DNA of 64,000 bases, taken from a virus. Of the stretch, positions 1 through 8,819 are shown piece by piece. The stretch covers positions 1 through 64,000 of the IMG/VR virus record IMGVR_UViG_3300046820_002290; one strand, given 5' to 3'. The notes beneath the pieces are model-generated. The model was not told where the DNA came from and ran no database searches. It worked only from the letters and a program-made list of their open reading frames with translations. Position numbers and translations under genes: made by a program. Position 1 is the stretch's first letter, and each line of letters starts with the position of its first letter.

Positions 1-60
1 TCTTTTTTCCGAGAAGATTCAAAAATAAAATCACTATGGCCAAAAATTTTTTGGAGCAGA

Positions 61-89
61 ATTTACCACCCTCTCCTGCGGACTATACT
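61..89 (+). promoter_or_regulatory. sigma70-type early promoter (ATTTAC-N17-TATACT)
   Basis: Same architecture as 5 other sites in the window; lies upstream of ORF 112 and gyrA. Confidence 0.55.
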
Positions 90-111
90 CCTCTTGCCTA
101 CACCCTCAACC

Positions 112-270
112 ATGGCCCGCCCCCGCCGCTTCGCCCCCCGCCGCAAGCCCAAGCTGCTATCCTTCGGTAAAAAACCCAAGCGTTCTTCCTGGCTTTTTGG
201 CTGGTCCGACCAAAAGGGGAACAGGGCCTCCAGTCGCAAATACGACCTTATGCGTTTCCCCCAATACTAA
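112..270 (+). CDS. small basic protein (52 aa), not in ORF track
   Basis: Hand translation MARPRRFAPRRKPKLL...RFPQY*; sits between the promoter and gyrA and stops 5 nt before the gyrA ATG. Confidence 0.55.
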   Translation: MARPRRFAPRRKPKLLSFGKKPKRSSWLFGWSDQKGNRASSRKYDLMRFPQY

Positions 271-275
271 TAAAT

Positions 276-2222
276 ATGGAAACTTCTGTCGACCTAATCA
301 AACAACTGCAGTCTGACTACCTTTCGTACTCAGTGGCTGTGCTCGTTGGACGAGCTATCCCTTCTTTGACAGACGGTCTAAAGCCAGCCCAACGCCGTGT
401 TCTCACGGCCATGAAGTGGCTTAGCCTTAAGCCCGACGGCAAATATATGAAGAGTGCCAGGGTCGAAGGTGAGACCATGGGCAAATTGCATCCCCATGGA
501 GGAGCCTATGGTGTTATGGTAACCTTGGCCGCACCCTGGAACAACAACCTGCCGCTTATCGACGGTCAAGGCAACTGGGGTTCCTCCGTTGACGGTGCCG
601 CAGCCAGTCGTTACACAGAAGCAAAGCTAACAGCATTCAGCTGGGATGCGTTGCTAGACGACTCCGACACTTGGCAACTTGCAGACAATTATGACGGCTC
701 CTTGAAAGAGCCAATCGAACTCAATGCTAAAGTGCCCACCGTGCTGCTAAATGGGCAAGACGGCATCGGGGTTGGCTTCGCAACTAAAATCCCTCCGCAC
801 TCTCTCCGAGACATTTGCGATGCTGTAACCAAGGGATCCCAACTAACACCATCATTCCCCACAGGTTGTGACATTGTTGCCGATGAGGGTCTAACCTCGT
901 ACCAACAAACGGGAGCAGGCACCTTGAGGTTGCGAGCAAGATGCGAGGTTACCAACGAAGAAACAGGTAAGAGGGCGAAGCAAACACTAACATTCACCAA
1001 CCTACCAACAGGCACTAACCCTGAGAAAATCGGTCAACAAATTAAGGATGCACTTGACAAAGGCAATGTCACCGCAATCACAGCAGTCAGCGATCAGTCT
1101 GATCTCACGGGCGACCGTATTGCAATTACTGCAAAGTCCGGTGCAGACCTCACTCTGCTTCAACGACAACTCTATCACTATACCGACCTGGACACTAAAT
1201 ATTCGGCACGGTTGCTGGTTATTGACGGGTTGCGACCAGTTGAAATGTCGCCAGGTCAACTTGTTGCGCGTTGGCAGACATGGCGACTGGCTAGGTTGGG
1301 CGACAAGTTTGCCTATGAGCTAGATGCCTCCGAGGCACGATTAGAGATTGTACGAGGATACCTTAAGGCAATCGACAAGATTGATGCCGTCATCAAGATT
1401 ATCCGAGCTGCTTCGACTCCCAAAGAGGCACTTATCGAACTTGTTTCGAACAGATCGCTAAAGTTTACGAGGGACCAGGCAAAAGCAATCCTTGAGATGC
1501 GACTTCGTGCGCTAACTAACCTTGACACTACCGAGTTACTGACTGAAGAAACCGATCTTATCTCCAAGATTGCCGAACTTGAAGAACTTATCAAAAACGA
1601 CAAGGCTCGGAAGGCATACATGGTCAAGGAAATCAAGGCAATCGGTGTAAGGTACGGAGAGAAACGCCGCAGCGAACTGATTGATCCGCCGGAAGGCTTA
1701 ACCCTTGAAAAGGGATCCTCTCGGCAAGCGGCACCCGCTACGGCGAAGCCAAAGTTCCTCAAGATTGACCTGAAACGAGGAACTGTTGAACAAGCAAAGG
1801 GTCCCCGTGGCTGCCTTATTGTCGACCGCGCTGAAAAGGTTATCACATTGACTGCTGACGGCACTCTAAGAAAAATCCCTGCAAACTACAAGGGTCCCCT
1901 TGGAGAAGGCTTCTGCGAAGTGCTGCTGGCGAAGAAAGAAAATGACTTGTCTGGCAAAAAATTTCTAATGGTTTTCACAATGGAAGACCAACTCAAAGCG
2001 ATGGCTATTGCCGGAGAAGATCTTACCAAAGTGACTTCAAAGGGGAAACAAGCTTTACCTGAAGGGGCAACCATAGTCTACTTTGGCGAAGGAACCTATG
2101 TGGTCCCCTGGGTTTCAACCCGTAAGAAAAAAGTAGAAGTGTCTCCCACCTCGACCAAACAAGGCAAGCCCGGTGCAAAGGGTACCAAGATCGCTACAAT
2201 CTCTGAAATTTCGATTAACTGA
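276..2222 (+). CDS. gyrA: type IIA topoisomerase subunit A (GyrA/ParC-like)
   Basis: RAIP..DGLKPAQRR, KSARV, HPHG, GQGNWGS, AASRYTE catalytic Tyr, GIGVGFATKIPPH. Confidence 0.93.
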   Translation: METSVDLIKQLQSDYLSYSVAVLVGRAIPSLTDGLKPAQRRVLTAMKWLSLKPDGKYMKSARVEGETMGKLHPHGGAYGVMVTLAAPWNNNLPLIDGQGNWGSSVDGAAASRYTEAKLTAFSWDALLDDSDTWQLADNYDGSLKEPIELNAKVPTVLLNGQDGIGVGFATKIPPHSLRDICDAVTKGSQLTPSFPTGCDIVADEGLTSYQQTGAGTLRLRARCEVTNEETGKRAKQTLTFTNLPTGTNPEKIGQQIKDALDKGNVTAITAVSDQSDLTGDRIAITAKSGADLTLLQRQLYHYTDLDTKYSARLLVIDGLRPVEMSPGQLVARWQTWRLARLGDKFAYELDASEARLEIVRGYLKAIDKIDAVIKIIRAASTPKEALIELVSNRSLKFTRDQAKAILEMRLRALTNLDTTELLTEETDLISKIAELEELIKNDKARKAYMVKEIKAIGVRYGEKRRSELIDPPEGLTLEKGSSRQAAPATAKPKFLKIDLKRGTVEQAKGPRGCLIVDRAEKVITLTADGTLRKIPANYKGPLGEGFCEVLLAKKENDLSGKKFLMVFTMEDQLKAMAIAGEDLTKVTSKGKQALPEGATIVYFGEGTYVVPWVSTRKKKVEVSPTSTKQGKPGAKGTKIATISEISIN

Positions 2223-2223
2223 A

Positions 2224-2421
2224 ATGGCTGAATTCCACGTTTTCGTTCCTGATGACTTTATCTGGGAACCCCAACCAGATATCACAACCTACGAGCTTGC
2301 ACTCTGTATTCCTCTCTTTACCGCCACCGGCCGTTTGCATCAATTCTACGACCAACTCACCCCTGAAGCACAGCGCCACTGGAGAAGGGTAAAAAGGGAT
2401 AAGCCTTTACGGGCCCTCTGA
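2224..2421 (+). CDS. hypothetical protein
   Basis: ATG immediately after the gyrA stop (MAEFHVF...); shorter than the track ORF. Confidence 0.6.
   Translation: MAEFHVFVPDDFIWEPQPDITTYELALCIPLFTATGRLHQFYDQLTPEAQRHWRRVKRDKPLRAL
2387..2394 (+). promoter_or_regulatory. GGGTAAAA box (putative late promoter)
   Basis: Exact motif, upstream of ORF 2453. Confidence 0.5.
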
Positions 2422-2432
2422 GCTACTACAAT
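2405..2432 (+). promoter_or_regulatory. sigma70-type early promoter (CTTTAC-N16-TACAAT)
   Basis: Matches the early class; 20 nt before ATG 2453. Confidence 0.5.
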
Positions 2433-2452
2433 AAGTTCGCCGTAAAAGCATC

Positions 2453-3001
2453 ATGGAAATTTTCTATCCGGTTGAACGCTTGTTCGCCAATCCCCGCATT
2501 TTCTTTGCGATTGCCAATTACCTGGGAGGTCCAGACGGCGAGACCCTTAAGCAATCTTTCTACGAACTGGTAGAATACAATTTTGGAGAATACGAGGATC
2601 CTTCAGAGATCGAGTTCACAGCTGAGGAAACTTGCTTCTCTATAGACGAAGAGACAGGAATCTTACAAATCACGTTGGACACTGGTGTAGCCTCGATCCT
2701 GCAGCCACTTGAAGGGGAAATTCGGGCACAAATTACGAACGATCATGAAATGGCAGCAACAAGTGCCATTTATGCTCGACTCGTCACCGCACTGGAAGAA
2801 GCCAACCCCGATTTTGCAGGCAATATTGCTTTATGCTCTCCACCAACCCCTGGGAATCAATACCTTCGTTCCCCGGACGGAGAGAGATTCGAAGGGTCAT
2901 TTCACCTGCTTTCCGACCCCGAACGTCAATTTGAATTCAACGTGGACATTGTTGACGTTAACCAAGACATCTTACGAGCAACCTACAAACCAATTATCTA
3001 A
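2453..3001 (+). CDS. hypothetical acidic protein
   Basis: 182-aa ORF; stop overlaps the next start. Confidence 0.75.
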   Translation: MEIFYPVERLFANPRIFFAIANYLGGPDGETLKQSFYELVEYNFGEYEDPSEIEFTAEETCFSIDEETGILQITLDTGVASILQPLEGEIRAQITNDHEMAATSAIYARLVTALEEANPDFAGNIALCSPPTPGNQYLRSPDGERFEGSFHLLSDPERQFEFNVDIVDVNQDILRATYKPII

Positions 3002-3810
3002 TGGCAGCTGACAACATACTTTTTGCAACCAACAGCATGCGGTCTTCAGTTTCATCGCTGAAGAAAAAATTATCCAACCTGAAAATCCAGGTTGAGATGT
3101 TCGACGCCGAGTTAGAAAAAATTGAAAATAAATTCGACAACATTCTCACCCAAGCCGAAATCTACAAGGCTAAGGTCGAGCGGGAAGTTGGCAGAGAAGT
3201 GAGGCGCTTAGAAAAAGAACTTTCCGAAGCTTCCTCTAAACGCACCGAAGCAGTAACTAAAACTGTAGACCCCAGCGATCTAAAAGTTGCTTCCACTCTA
3301 TCCATCTTTGAAGCATTGCTGCGCAACATGTGCGCAAATGCCGAAGACTTTAGAATCGCTTCCGAAGCCTTTCTGTTCCCCGCAGTCTATGAACGGGTAA
3401 TGGGTGGAGATGACGAAACTTATTTTCTCGAAGAAGTTCCACCCTCCGCGAGTTTAATCATAAAACGAGGAGTTGAATACATTTCGTGGCTTCGCTCGGA
3501 ATACGACACTCACTTAACAGAACCGGCAACATGGGCAGATGCCATCGACTACATTGCCGAGTGGTGGAGAAATGACGCACTTCCCTTGCTTTACGGGTGC
3601 CGTGACGAGCAATGGGACATTGACTGGCCTCTAAGCCTCTCAGAGATTTTGATCTGGAGAAACTCGCCGGGTGAAAGACCACTCCAATTCCCCAAAATTT
3701 TCGATGCCTACGAAATTTACAAATCCCACAAAGATGAAATCTACGAAAGTTCAGGACTCCGGGCTTTTGAATTGCGACTCTTCACCTTCGAGAATGGCTC
3801 TAATGCATAA
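3001..3810 (+). CDS. hypothetical protein with N-terminal coiled coil
   Basis: 269-aa ORF; heptad-like K/E/L N-terminus. Confidence 0.75.
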   Translation: MAADNILFATNSMRSSVSSLKKKLSNLKIQVEMFDAELEKIENKFDNILTQAEIYKAKVEREVGREVRRLEKELSEASSKRTEAVTKTVDPSDLKVASTLSIFEALLRNMCANAEDFRIASEAFLFPAVYERVMGGDDETYFLEEVPPSASLIIKRGVEYISWLRSEYDTHLTEPATWADAIDYIAEWWRNDALPLLYGCRDEQWDIDWPLSLSEILIWRNSPGERPLQFPKIFDAYEIYKSHKDEIYESSGLRAFELRLFTFENGSNA

Positions 3811-4066
3811 GAAACCCCTAAGTAAAACCGACCACCTGATTGCTAAGGTGGGTATAGGCATTGTAGACACAGTGGAGCGTCACTATCAGAAATACCAAGC
3901 GAAACCTAATGAAGCCAACGCTAAATCTTATTGCCTTTGGCGCTTACGACTCCATCGGCGCCTCAAAAACGACAAATTTCTTTTAGATGCAATCAACGAG
4001 GCAAGAAACTTAGGGCTCTACGACGAAGATCCAGGAAAAACTTGCTGGAATCTTTACTTCTCATAG
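3803..4066 (+). CDS. hypothetical protein
   Basis: ATG 3803 (MHKKPL...) overlaps the upstream stop. Confidence 0.6.
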   Translation: MHKKPLSKTDHLIAKVGIGIVDTVERHYQKYQAKPNEANAKSYCLWRLRLHRRLKNDKFLLDAINEARNLGLYDEDPGKTCWNLYFS

Positions 4067-4073
4067 GGTAAAA
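4066..4073 (+). promoter_or_regulatory. GGGTAAAA box
   Basis: Motif starts 31 nt before ATG 4097. Confidence 0.75.
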
Positions 4074-4096
4074 CCACCTATCATCAGAGTGGCGCA

Positions 4097-4837
4097 ATGA
4101 TTCCACGCACAGTCCTAATGGCGCAGGAAGTAGCTGCGCAGTTTACAGCTAGCCAACTGGAAGACTACGGCAATATTATCCTCAATGGCTACCTGGAAGT
4201 AGTTCCAAACACAATCAACAAAAAACGTTGGCAGTATAAAGAGACCGCAGGTGCTCCGACAAATCTCCCCAGCCTAACCCAAGTGCAACCCGCACTCAAA
4301 GGATGGACCACCAACTACCAGGAGTACTACACTCAACTCCAACCTAACGGTTATGGCGTCAATCCTGGCGACCCGACAATGTTCGAGTACGACGTTCACT
4401 CGTTCACTCCTGCAACCGGAACAATCACAACCGTTGGAGGTCTTCAAGGGGGGAGCGGTTACTTCACCGGTACACATACTGGAGTACCCGCAGTTGGTGG
4501 TCGTGGTACAGGGGCCACTCTCGATATTACTGTTGGCGTTGGCGGCGTAGTTCTAACCGCCGTTATCAACAACCCTGGCACAGGTTATGCTGAAGGTGAT
4601 GGTCTCACAGTAACTTCCATCGGCCCGGGAGCTGGCTTTGCAGTTTTCGTGACTGCTATCACCGTGGTATCACCTGCCAACCAACCCCAATGGGCGCAAC
4701 CCCCTCACCGTTACAACCAGCAGCAAGTGTCTGCCATCACTCCTCCCCAAAACATTAACAACCCTGCGGTCATCCAGTATTCATTCATGCATCCTGTGGG
4801 CGACAATCCTGTCCCCCCTCCGATCGACACCCTCTGA
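4097..4837 (+). CDS. putative virion structural protein
   Basis: GGxGTGATLDITV...NNPGTGY beta module, also present in the sheath insertion; preceded by the late box. Confidence 0.6.
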   Translation: MIPRTVLMAQEVAAQFTASQLEDYGNIILNGYLEVVPNTINKKRWQYKETAGAPTNLPSLTQVQPALKGWTTNYQEYYTQLQPNGYGVNPGDPTMFEYDVHSFTPATGTITTVGGLQGGSGYFTGTHTGVPAVGGRGTGATLDITVGVGGVVLTAVINNPGTGYAEGDGLTVTSIGPGAGFAVFVTAITVVSPANQPQWAQPPHRYNQQQVSAITPPQNINNPAVIQYSFMHPVGDNPVPPPIDTL

Positions 4838-4864
4838 TTTACCCGGGGAAAACCACCCTATAAT
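4837..4864 (+). promoter_or_regulatory. sigma70-type promoter of DNA polymerase (ATTTAC-N16-TATAAT), likely leaderless mRNA
   Basis: Perfect -10 at 4859-4864; ATG at 4871. Confidence 0.6.
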
Positions 4865-4870
4865 GTAAAC

Positions 4871-7657
4871 ATGCAAAACCTAACGTCTATGGCAGAACGC
4901 TTAACAGATCTCGGTTATCCGGTGCTTGGGGAAGAACTCCATCGCCGGATTTTCGGTAAGGAGACTCCTAAGGAAATGTCTCGACTTGCCAAGCAAAGAG
5001 CACAGAAACTCTTGAAAGAATTCGATATTCCAACTCCCGTCGATTACCCAGACCACCTATACGATGGGCCATTACCCCTGCCCGAGCTAAAGGCAGAAAC
5101 ACTTGGTGCACACTTTGAAGAAATTGCCAATGAACAGATTGGCGAATATAAAAAATATGCCGATGAATTTGCTGCCTGCGAGCTGGCAGAAATTCCCCCT
5201 ACCAAAGAGCTTAAGTTCAACCCGGGGTGGACACGTTACACGAAGGTCCAAAACAAATGGAAAACAGAATCTGTGCCATATCCTTTGGAAAAAGCATTCA
5301 CGTACGATACTGAAACTTTTGTGCATGGCGGCGCATTTCCGATTATTGGCACTGCGTTATCTGCCAAGGCGGCTTACATTTGGTTGGCTTCTGAGCTTAT
5401 TGATCCTTCTTTGCCTGAGGATAAGTGGGACCAACACTCCCTGATTCCGATTGGCGAGAACCGTTTCGTAGTTGGCCACAATATCTCGTATGACCGCGTA
5501 CGTGCTCGCGAAGGTTACACCTTAGACCGAACCAAACCTGAAAACTTTTACTTTGACACACTATCTGCACACATTGGCGTATCTGGCCTTGCCAGTGGCC
5601 AGCGCTGGTTATATGTTCTGGCTGGTAAGGACCCTGAGGATCTCACTGATGAAGAAAAACGAAAACTAAGATATGCCCCTAAATGGCTAGACGAAGGTTC
5701 TACTAATTCTCTTGTAGCCACCTACAACTTCCACGTCTACGAGGTTAGGAAATTCTTCGGTGATAACGCTCAACCTTTAGGTCAAGGTGACAAAGCAGTC
5801 CGAGACATCTTCGTAAAAGCCACGCATCTAAGCCAAATCCATCAAATGCTCACAGAGGCAGTTGACTATGCAATCAAAGACGCCTTGTACACAGCGGAGC
5901 TGTTCCAAGCCCTTTGGCCAAAATACTTAGACGCCACCCCCTCACCCGTTGCTCTTTGCGGACACTATCATCTTAACGGATCCATCATTCCTCTTGTCCC
6001 CGACTGGGAAGAATGGATTCAAGGAGTGGAGCGCACATTCGAGGAGCATAATAATGAGATGACTCAAATTTGCAAAGACTTGGTCTGGAAGTGTTATGAG
6101 GAATGGCGGGAAATTTACCAGGATGACCCGGAAAAAGCTGAGCGCTGGGTGTCTCGTGACCCTTGGATCTCCCAACTTAACTGGGAAGTAAAAACCGTCA
6201 AAGGCAAGTATGCCCACATTCCTCACTGGGTGCGACCTTTTATTAAAGACCCTAATGAACATATTGGAGTCAAATCAAACCTTTCTCATCTCCTTCTGAA
6301 ACTCACTTGGGAGGGATCTCCCATGATCTTCACAAAAGACCAAGGTTGGTGCTACCATAACGAAGAGGGCGAACTGACAAAAATCCCACACCCGAAAGGA
6401 GCCGGGGACAATGTGGGCGGTGTCCTAAGCAAAGACTTCGTGGACGACATGAAAGTAGGTCGCTTGAACTCGGATCTCCCCGAAGCCAAACGAGCTCTGG
6501 AAATTGCTAACGCCGTTAGCTACTGGACTTCGGTCCGTAAGCGGGTAATGGACCGCATCTTCCTGCCGGCCCACAACCCCCACGGTCAAGACGCCTTAGT
6601 AACTCTCCCCGAAATTCTTTGCCATGGTACCGTAACCCGACGTACCGTAGAATCGCTCATGGTGACAATGTGCTCCACGAAAAACTGGCGCATTGGCACC
6701 GAATTAAAAACACGAGTGAAAGCCCCGGATGGCTGGAAAATCGTTGGAGCTGACTTTGATGGTCAAGAAATGCAGATCGCTTCGATCTATTCCGATAAGT
6801 GGGAAGGCGGTCATGTTGGCTGTTCCCCGTTTGGTTACAATGTGCTTTCCGGCTCAAAAGAGGCGGGGACTGATCCCCATAGTGCTCTTGCTAAGTTGGC
6901 TGGCGTGGACCGAGACACGGCCAAAATCGCCGGTTTCGCCGTTCTCTATGGCGCGGGAGTCCGAGCCGTGCAAACCTACATCCGACGGAAGTACCCCGAG
7001 AAATCCCCAACCGAAGTGAAAAACTTTGCCTACCGAATTCTGGAAGGCAAGAAAGGAAAGCTGCGAAATGGTTTGTACGAGGGGGGATCTGACAGCGGAT
7101 GCTTCAACTTCATGGAAGAGATTGCGATGCGGTCTCGAGTCCCTCAACTTCCTTGCTTAGGAACCAAAATCTCTACCGCAATGCGCCCCGCTGCTGTCGG
7201 TGATGACTTTAAGACCGGTCGAGTAAACTGGACCATCCAGTCTTCTGGCGCCGAAATTCTTAGTATCATGCTTACATCAGTTCACTGGCTCGCGGCCGAA
7301 TATAAGATTCCTGCCAGGTTTGTGCTAAGTATCCATGACGAAATTTGGTTTATGACGCCTGAGCGCTATGCCGAACAATTTGCGGTGCTGTTTCAGATCG
7401 CACATATGTACACATGGTCTTTGTTCCACTCGGCAGTAGGGATCCCAGATCTCCCTCTGTCCCGAGCTTACTTCTCCTCCGTAGCAATTGACGAGCGTTT
7501 ACGTAAGTCCCCTAAAGAAAAAACCGTGACCCTTTCTAACCCAAAGGGTGAATCAGAGGGCTTTGGTGTCGAGTACTCTATGTATGAGCTCGCTGAGATC
7601 GGAGCTATCAACAAACTAACTAACCGCTATTCCGCCATTCAAAAAGGAATCATCTGA
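4871..7657 (+). CDS. family A DNA polymerase, mitochondrial Pol-gamma-like
   Basis: Exo motifs YDTE, VGHNISYDR, FDTLSAH, YAIKD; pol motifs VGADFDGQE, RDTAKIAGFAVLYGAG, SIHDE; GTVTRRTVE and RVNWTIQSSG resemble POLG. Confidence 0.92.
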   Translation: MQNLTSMAERLTDLGYPVLGEELHRRIFGKETPKEMSRLAKQRAQKLLKEFDIPTPVDYPDHLYDGPLPLPELKAETLGAHFEEIANEQIGEYKKYADEFAACELAEIPPTKELKFNPGWTRYTKVQNKWKTESVPYPLEKAFTYDTETFVHGGAFPIIGTALSAKAAYIWLASELIDPSLPEDKWDQHSLIPIGENRFVVGHNISYDRVRAREGYTLDRTKPENFYFDTLSAHIGVSGLASGQRWLYVLAGKDPEDLTDEEKRKLRYAPKWLDEGSTNSLVATYNFHVYEVRKFFGDNAQPLGQGDKAVRDIFVKATHLSQIHQMLTEAVDYAIKDALYTAELFQALWPKYLDATPSPVALCGHYHLNGSIIPLVPDWEEWIQGVERTFEEHNNEMTQICKDLVWKCYEEWREIYQDDPEKAERWVSRDPWISQLNWEVKTVKGKYAHIPHWVRPFIKDPNEHIGVKSNLSHLLLKLTWEGSPMIFTKDQGWCYHNEEGELTKIPHPKGAGDNVGGVLSKDFVDDMKVGRLNSDLPEAKRALEIANAVSYWTSVRKRVMDRIFLPAHNPHGQDALVTLPEILCHGTVTRRTVESLMVTMCSTKNWRIGTELKTRVKAPDGWKIVGADFDGQEMQIASIYSDKWEGGHVGCSPFGYNVLSGSKEAGTDPHSALAKLAGVDRDTAKIAGFAVLYGAGVRAVQTYIRRKYPEKSPTEVKNFAYRILEGKKGKLRNGLYEGGSDSGCFNFMEEIAMRSRVPQLPCLGTKISTAMRPAAVGDDFKTGRVNWTIQSSGAEILSIMLTSVHWLAAEYKIPARFVLSIHDEIWFMTPERYAEQFAVLFQIAHMYTWSLFHSAVGIPDLPLSRAYFSSVAIDERLRKSPKEKTVTLSNPKGESEGFGVEYSMYELAEIGAINKLTNRYSAIQKGII

Positions 7658-7842
7658 TGAAAAAGAAAAAGTCCCGCGTAGAAAATGTAGGTGTGGTGCT
7701 GTTCCAGGGTATGCACGACACTTACTACCTGACTGTTCCTTACGATAAAAAGAACAGGATTATTCCATCCTCCGTAGAATGTGCGTACAACTCACGTTAC
7801 TTCTCCCCTCAGCAAACCATTAATATGCTTCGGGCGCTCTAA
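7657..7842 (+). CDS. hypothetical protein
   Basis: TGATG coupling with the polymerase. Confidence 0.6.
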   Translation: MKKKKSRVENVGVVLFQGMHDTYYLTVPYDKKNRIIPSSVECAYNSRYFSPQQTINMLRAL

Positions 7843-8084
7843 TGGCCTTCCCCCTTCCTGAGTGCCCTGCATACCGGAAGTTGATGGTTACCTTTTGGTT
7901 GGACGATATTGACGACCGCTTAAAAGATAACCACCTGCAAGACGCAGAGAAAAGCTGGAAAATAGCTAATGAGATCTACTTGTCACTGCCCCCGGGTAAC
8001 GGGGACATGGAAATCGAAAATTGGCTTTTCCAACAGAGGGTAAAACTTGACAACTTCTCTCACACAACCAATGAGAACAATTAG
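7842..8084 (+). CDS. hypothetical protein
   Basis: TAATG coupling with the previous ORF. Confidence 0.6.
   Translation: MAFPLPECPAYRKLMVTFWLDDIDDRLKDNHLQDAEKSWKIANEIYLSLPPGNGDMEIENWLFQQRVKLDNFSHTTNENN
8038..8045 (+). promoter_or_regulatory. GGGTAAAA box
   Basis: Motif starts 33 nt before ATG 8071. Confidence 0.75.
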
Positions 8085-8400
8085 CAACGACGACACGGTC
8101 AAAGCAACACCGGCAACCAAAAAATCCGCTATGTCTAAACTCGAAACTTTTTCCACAACCCTGACCGACGGCCGTGAAATTACGATCCGTGAAATGACTG
8201 GGCGTGATTTAATCTACATGGAAAAAGACCTAACCAAGGCCGGCGATGTAGAAAAAGGCATGCGCATCATCGAGCGGCTAATTGTGGGTGATGATAAAAT
8301 CACTTACGACGAAATTCTAGATCTCGGTGTGAAAGATTTCCGAAAGCTTAGCGAACTTGTTGCCAAAGCAAACGGCACTGATGACGAAGACCCAAACTAA
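8071..8400 (+). CDS. tail assembly chaperone (Mu gp41 / lambda G-like)
   Basis: ITIREMTGRD...ITYDEILDLGVKDFRKL pattern; slippery site at the 3' end. Confidence 0.75.
   Translation: MRTISNDDTVKATPATKKSAMSKLETFSTTLTDGREITIREMTGRDLIYMEKDLTKAGDVEKGMRIIERLIVGDDKITYDEILDLGVKDFRKLSELVAKANGTDDEDPN
8391..8397 (+). other. programmed -1 ribosomal frameshift site C CCA AAC
   Basis: X XXY YYZ heptamer in frame just before TAA; the -1 frame is open into ORF 8433. Confidence 0.75.
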
Positions 8401-8432
8401 TTGTTGAGGATCGTGAGGATTTCACTTATCTT

Positions 8433-8819
8433 GTGAATACCCTGGACGGTCCAACTTTCCATTTTCGGGAAATTACTCCGAAAGATTTCTACCTTGCTCA
8501 AGTTCTTCGACAAGCCGACCGGAACCAACTGGAATTAGTTGAAAAACTACTTCTAAACCCTTCGGTTTTAGACGAGTCAACAGCTTCTCAAGCTCGCCAA
8601 GCAATCCGATGGGTTACCAACAATTTGCTAGACAAGACGGTTCTAACTTTGGAAAATTGGCTTGAAATTTCCTACCATTTATGTAAACAGAGATGGGACA
8701 GTTCTGTTGAATGGTTAGAAACTCAACCAATGAGCAAAATTAACCTGATGATAGACATTGTAAGGAAACATGCCGAAGAGCAGGAAAAGCAAATGAAGAA
8801 GAACTCGAGGAAAAAATGA
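8433..8819 (+). CDS. C-terminal extension of the tail chaperone (GT-like, probably reached by frameshift)
   Basis: In the -1 frame of the heptamer; weak GTG start. Confidence 0.65.
   Translation: MNTLDGPTFHFREITPKDFYLAQVLRQADRNQLELVEKLLLNPSVLDESTASQARQAIRWVTNNLLDKTVLTLENWLEISYHLCKQRWDSSVEWLETQPMSKINLMIDIVRKHAEEQEKQMKKNSRKK

Noticed and set aside
40-56. AT-rich palindrome CCAAAAATTTTTTGG, with AAATTTTTTGGAG recurring at 19880
   Set aside because: Low complexity and at the window edge; cannot be supported as an origin or operator
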